From NCBI GenBank assembly GCA_026413625.1, contig JAOAKO010000003.1, positions 2,507 through 66,506 of the forward strand: a DNA stretch of 64,000 bases. Reading direction: 5' to 3'. The position numbers and the translations under genes were made by a program. The notes beneath the pieces were generated by a model that did no database searches, was not told the DNA's origin, and saw only the letters and a list, made by a program, of their open reading frames with translations. Below, piece after piece: positions 59,911 to 64,000 of the stretch (the stretch's first letter is position 1; each line of letters starts with the position of its first letter). The DNA is from Candidatus Micrarchaeota archaeon. GTDB taxonomy: Archaea > Micrarchaeota > Micrarchaeia > CABMEP01.

Positions 59911-62517
59911 ATGCCTGAAGAGACAAAAACAAAAAAGTTTGCACGGGTTCATAGGGCGCTATATAAATTCAATATACAACGCCTATTCATACCAATTAAA
60001 AGATATGCAAAAAAAGCAACAGAGATTACTCCGCAAGTTTTAATCAATTCTATTTCGTCTCTCTTTCAACCTAAGAAAAAAGAAGAAACGAAAGTAATAA
60101 AGCCAGCAAGGCGCATTACAACCCCATCTCCACTGCTTAACGTGATTATTATAGTTTTTCTTTGTCTGATCGCAATAGGCGCGTATTTCATCTTTGTTTA
60201 TTATACTACACCCGGTGTACCTGAAGTTCCGATTGCAGTAGAGCTTTCAAAGCCAAATATAGTGGTCAATGTATTAAGTTCAGGTTATCTAGATTCATCT
60301 TCTGATCAGACACGCTGGTTTGTGCTTCTTGATGTTTTAGCTCAAAATACAACCGAACTAAATTTCGACTTCGTGGTTCAACAGCAATTCATTCCAAATG
60401 ATGTCTACATATTGAAGGTCCCAAACTATCAATTTGCTTCAAACTATCCTCAGTTTTATTCACGGCTAAAAAGTTCGCTTGAAAGGAAAGGTTTGTTTCT
60501 GTCAGAAATTACAATTGAAGAAATGGTTTCTTTACCTAAAACCAGAAAAATCATATTAATTGTTCCTTCGGGTTATTTACCTGCTGTTTTTATAGGTGAA
60601 GAATATAAAAATTTTACATTGAAAAAATTTGTTGAAAACGGAAATGTATTGATATACATAGGATACAAACCAACTGACAGCGTTTTATATAGCTCGCTGC
60701 CAAATCCCCAGCCGATTTCTCAAGAAAAGATTGCAGATTGGCAGCTTTCATTTGATTCCGCCTCAGGCCAGCCACAATTTTTCTCATTCAAAAACCCACT
60801 ATACTCCATCAAATCAATAGGGACAGCCGCTACGCGCCCAATAATTAGTGGAGACCCTGGAGGTTTTTCAATTAAATGGGAAGGAGATGGTTTCGCATAT
60901 TTTATACCTACAACAATTGATTTCTGGTGGCAATTCTCAGGAGAAAAATCTGCCGATGAATTGGCTGACGCAATTATCAATGCAAGATGGGGTTACGGTC
61001 TTTCAAGAATACAAAAAACGCTGCAGGTTAACGGGTCTTTCAAAGGTCAGATTATACTGTTTACCTCACCATTCAGATTTCCAGACGGCACAAGAGTCAC
61101 CCGTTCTTATGGAAAACTATATCTACAGGGAATAAATAAAGTTAATAATGTCACTGAGGCGGTAGGGTCGTCTATATCTGTAAGATTCCCAATGCGGCCG
61201 AAAGGATTGTTGATGCACGATGATTCTGCAATCAATTCGTTCATATCCGGGAATCCATTAGAAATAAAATATTCTTTAAATGAGAATACAACCGAATTGA
61301 AGCAACTCTATTTGTCCGCGATAAACCAAAACAATGAAGAGGTATTATTTATTCCAATTACTGCAGCGCCAGTCCCGCTAAAGCTCTCAAATGCAGTTTA
61401 TAGATTTGACAATCAGCTTAAGAGCGGAGAATATATTTTAAGGATAAGCGACGATAAAAGAAACACTTTTGCCCAATCATATCTTTCAATGCTTTCCTTT
61501 AAGATCGAACCTTATATAACTGATTTCTTGCAGGGAAATTTCATATTCAACGTTTACATTCTGCCAAGTGGAGAGGAGTATACTTCAGTATTAAAAAACA
61601 TAGAGGTGTCTTTAGATGGGGGAGATGTTAAAAGATTAGATGCGACAAAGGGCAGAATCATATACAATGCTACCCCCATAACAGCTCCAGGAATGTATAC
61701 ATTTACATTCAAATTTGGTCCGGATGTAATAAGTGTTCCAGTCCAGTATACTCGACCTGTTTCAATGTTTGAGAGGCCAGAGAATATAGCGATGGGAATA
61801 ATTGCAATTCTTTTATTTGCAATCGGATATTTGATCTCAAGGCCAGAAGCGGTTAAATATGCAATAGACGTTCCAGATTTCCCACCATTGCAATCTATCG
61901 CAGTACCAATAAAGCGCGAGAAAATTCTTGAAATATTTGATCAAGTTAATGCTGACCTGAAATGGAAAAACACTCCATTAACAATAAATGATCTAAAGAT
62001 GGGATTTAGAAAGATAATGTTTAGAGGGAAGCCTTTGCTTGTTGGGGATTATAATCTAGAGATGATTTTAGATAAGCTTAAGGAAGAGGGATATGTAGTC
62101 CAATCGATGGAATATTACGGGCTTAAGCGCTGGGAAAAGGAGACAAGGAAATCCATCTATTATCTTGCTTTGGTAAGGGCTTTGCGAGACATATTTGTTA
62201 CAGAAGGAATTCCATTTTTGCCGTTTGGACAAAGAGGGGATGCAGACACCGTACTTAGTTATGGCGGAGAAAATGTGTATGTCCATATATACGAGTCAGA
62301 TGCGGTAATAAAGAAAGCAATATACACCTCTTCAATAGGCAGAACTATCATTGTTTTTGAGAATGAATCAGTAATGAACGATTTTCTGTCAAGAATACAC
62401 ACTCCGGATCGCCAGAACGTGGTATTTAAACTTTTATTGGACAATGGAAAAATAAGCGTAGCACCTATTAATAAATTTATGAGTGTGCTGCAGAAAAAAG
62501 TAGTGTTTACATACTAG
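59911..62517 (+). CDS. Large two-TM protein: about 520-aa extracellular region; cytoplasmic wHTH and nuclease-like fold
   Basis: TMs at about aa 75-97 and 626-643; tail LEMILDKLKEEGYV and GDADTVL..VYVHIYES. Confidence 0.75.
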   Translation: MPEETKTKKFARVHRALYKFNIQRLFIPIKRYAKKATEITPQVLINSISSLFQPKKKEETKVIKPARRITTPSPLLNVIIIVFLCLIAIGAYFIFVYYTTPGVPEVPIAVELSKPNIVVNVLSSGYLDSSSDQTRWFVLLDVLAQNTTELNFDFVVQQQFIPNDVYILKVPNYQFASNYPQFYSRLKSSLERKGLFLSEITIEEMVSLPKTRKIILIVPSGYLPAVFIGEEYKNFTLKKFVENGNVLIYIGYKPTDSVLYSSLPNPQPISQEKIADWQLSFDSASGQPQFFSFKNPLYSIKSIGTAATRPIISGDPGGFSIKWEGDGFAYFIPTTIDFWWQFSGEKSADELADAIINARWGYGLSRIQKTLQVNGSFKGQIILFTSPFRFPDGTRVTRSYGKLYLQGINKVNNVTEAVGSSISVRFPMRPKGLLMHDDSAINSFISGNPLEIKYSLNENTTELKQLYLSAINQNNEEVLFIPITAAPVPLKLSNAVYRFDNQLKSGEYILRISDDKRNTFAQSYLSMLSFKIEPYITDFLQGNFIFNVYILPSGEEYTSVLKNIEVSLDGGDVKRLDATKGRIIYNATPITAPGMYTFTFKFGPDVISVPVQYTRPVSMFERPENIAMGIIAILLFAIGYLISRPEAVKYAIDVPDFPPLQSIAVPIKREKILEIFDQVNADLKWKNTPLTINDLKMGFRKIMFRGKPLLVGDYNLEMILDKLKEEGYVVQSMEYYGLKRWEKETRKSIYYLALVRALRDIFVTEGIPFLPFGQRGDADTVLSYGGENVYVHIYESDAVIKKAIYTSSIGRTIIVFENESVMNDFLSRIHTPDRQNVVFKLLLDNGKISVAPINKFMSVLQKKVVFTY

Positions 62518-62538
62518 CACGCTTTTCTAAATTTTAAT

Positions 62539-63675
62539 TTAAATTTTTGAAGGGGTATTGATTAACTCATGGTAAATCTTTATTTGACGTCTTATTGATT
62601 TTTCAATGGAGTGCTCTTTTGCTATTTTAATCGCATTTTCCGCCAGTTTTTTCTTGTTCCTAATGCATTTCACTACTGCAGCAGCGCAACCCTTAACATC
62701 ATGAGGCTTGAATAAATATCCGTTATAGCCTTCTTTAACAAGATCAGGTATTGCAAGATAGTCTGCCCCGGCCACAGGCAAACCGCAAGCTAGCGCCTCA
62801 AGGCAGGAAAGGCCTTGTGTCTCAAACATTGAAGGAAATGCAAAAACATCCGCATTGTGATAAAATTCAACAATGCCCTTATGCCTCACTCCGCTTATAA
62901 ATATGAACAGGTCTTCCACTTTGTGCTTTTTAACCATTTCTTTGTACGTCTGCTCCATTGGGCCGCTACCCACTATCACAAATAACACATTAGGTATTTC
63001 TTTTTTGATCAAATGGGCGGCCTTAATGAGAACCTCAAGATTCTTTTCCTTGACAAGCCTGCCTGTGTAAAGGACTACAGTTCTGTCTTTCCACATTTTC
63101 TTTTCTCCAGGCTTAAATCTATCTAGATCTATTCCATTCGATATGACTTCGACGTTTTTTATTCCGTTTTTAATGCATTCTTTTCTCATGTATTCGCTTG
63201 GAACTATCACTTTGTCGCACTGGTTGTAATACCACCTTAGATATCGCCATGCAACCCTTTTCATTATTTTTTGCATCGGCTTGATCGGCGCAATATAATG
63301 CGTGGCTTCCTGTATGTTCGTATGCAATGTTCCAATCAACGGCTTCTTAAGGATTGTTGCGGCGTAGAGCGCAGCCAACCCCATCGGCCCCATTCCGTGA
63401 GAATGAATTATGTCGACTTTTTCTTTTCTTGCAATTTCTTCGGCATCCGGATACGGAAATATCGCAAGCTTATAAGTTGGATATGGGATAAAGTCTACAG
63501 AAGGGAATATGTAGGCAGCGTCTTTTTTTCTTCTTTTCTTTAAATCTGCAGTTCCGGCTGCAAACACAATTACTTCGTTTCCAAGCTTTTCCAGTCTTTC
63601 TTTAGTGTTGCTTATTGCAACAACCACCCCGTCAACATTCGGATACCATGTTTCTGTAAAGAACGCAATTTTCAT
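62539..63675 (-). CDS. GT4 glycosyltransferase (diacylglycerol glucosyltransferase-like)
   Basis: FFTETWYP.VDGV, DIIHSH, TLHT, GRL.KEKN, FPS.FETQGL..LEA.ACG.PV. Confidence 0.9.
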   Translation of the reverse strand: MKIAFFTETWYPNVDGVVVAISNTKERLEKLGNEVIVFAAGTADLKKRRKKDAAYIFPSVDFIPYPTYKLAIFPYPDAEEIARKEKVDIIHSHGMGPMGLAALYAATILKKPLIGTLHTNIQEATHYIAPIKPMQKIMKRVAWRYLRWYYNQCDKVIVPSEYMRKECIKNGIKNVEVISNGIDLDRFKPGEKKMWKDRTVVLYTGRLVKEKNLEVLIKAAHLIKKEIPNVLFVIVGSGPMEQTYKEMVKKHKVEDLFIFISGVRHKGIVEFYHNADVFAFPSMFETQGLSCLEALACGLPVAGADYLAIPDLVKEGYNGYLFKPHDVKGCAAAVVKCIRNKKKLAENAIKIAKEHSIEKSIRRQIKIYHELINTPSKI

Positions 63676-63712
63676 TTTTCCACTCCTTTTAATTTTTCAT
63701 AGTTTCAATCTT

Positions 63713-64000
63713 TCATTTCTTCAATTCGCTAATTATTTTACTTGCCTCTTGAGGATCCACATTCAATCTGTATTTAACCATAAGGGATTGAACGTCTTTT
63801 ATATTTTCCTTTATTATGAGCCCCTTAAGTTCTTCTCCGGATATTCTGAAAAGGCCGCTGTCTTTTATGACTTCATTCGCATGTCCGTTCCTTTTTATCA
63901 TTTCTTTTAATAGCTCAGGTATGGCTGCTTTCGTTATCTTTTCATCCCTATATAGCAACAGCGCTTCCTTTATATCTTCTTCACTAAGTTTTGCAATTTC
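63713..64000 (-). CDS. gatE: C-terminal part of probable Glu-tRNA(Gln) amidotransferase subunit E (partial)
   Basis: Frame open to the window edge; KITKAAIPELL...L..ISGEEL...LM.KYR..VD tail resembles the GatE C-terminus. Confidence 0.6.
   Translation of the reverse strand, partial: EIAKLSEEDIKEALLLYRDEKITKAAIPELLKEMIKRNGHANEVIKDSGLFRISGEELKGLIIKENIKDVQSLMVKYRLNVDPQEASKIISELKK

Noticed and set aside
54945..62517. Integrated conjugative element or provirus
   Set aside because: No integrase, relaxase, capsid gene, flanking tRNA or direct repeats seen

Overview
AT-rich archaeal chromosomal segment; the gene content and compact layout suggest DPANN, probably Micrarchaeota (inference). Core genes include a stand-alone 5S rRNA, three tRNAs (two with introns), cdc6/orc1, Sec61beta, rps6e-eif2g, rpl7ae-rps28e-rpl24e, hjc, dnaG, pelota, rtcB-archease, topo VI, AMP phosphorylase-R15P isomerase, ftsZ-secE-spt5-rpl11 / rpl1-rpl10-rpl12, SAMP-TtuA, radA and the end of probable gatE. 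The main unusual elements: (1) an 8-gene T4SS/Ced-like cluster at 54.9-62.5 kb, with three Cys-pair VirB2/TrbC-like pilins, an apparently split VirB4 ATPase and unknown membrane and winged-helix partners, and no relaxase or integrase in the window; (2) a full-length bacterial-type RelA/SpoT with a RelA-like motif pattern; (3) bacterial MEP-pathway genes ispG and ispH; (4) leader RNA structures for L7Ae (k-turn) and L1 autoregulation; (5) several surface proteins, including a 12-repeat Cys-rich lipoprotein near a GILT-like thioredoxin. No CRISPR array, transposase or integrase was seen. All family calls come from motif recognition, not database searches.
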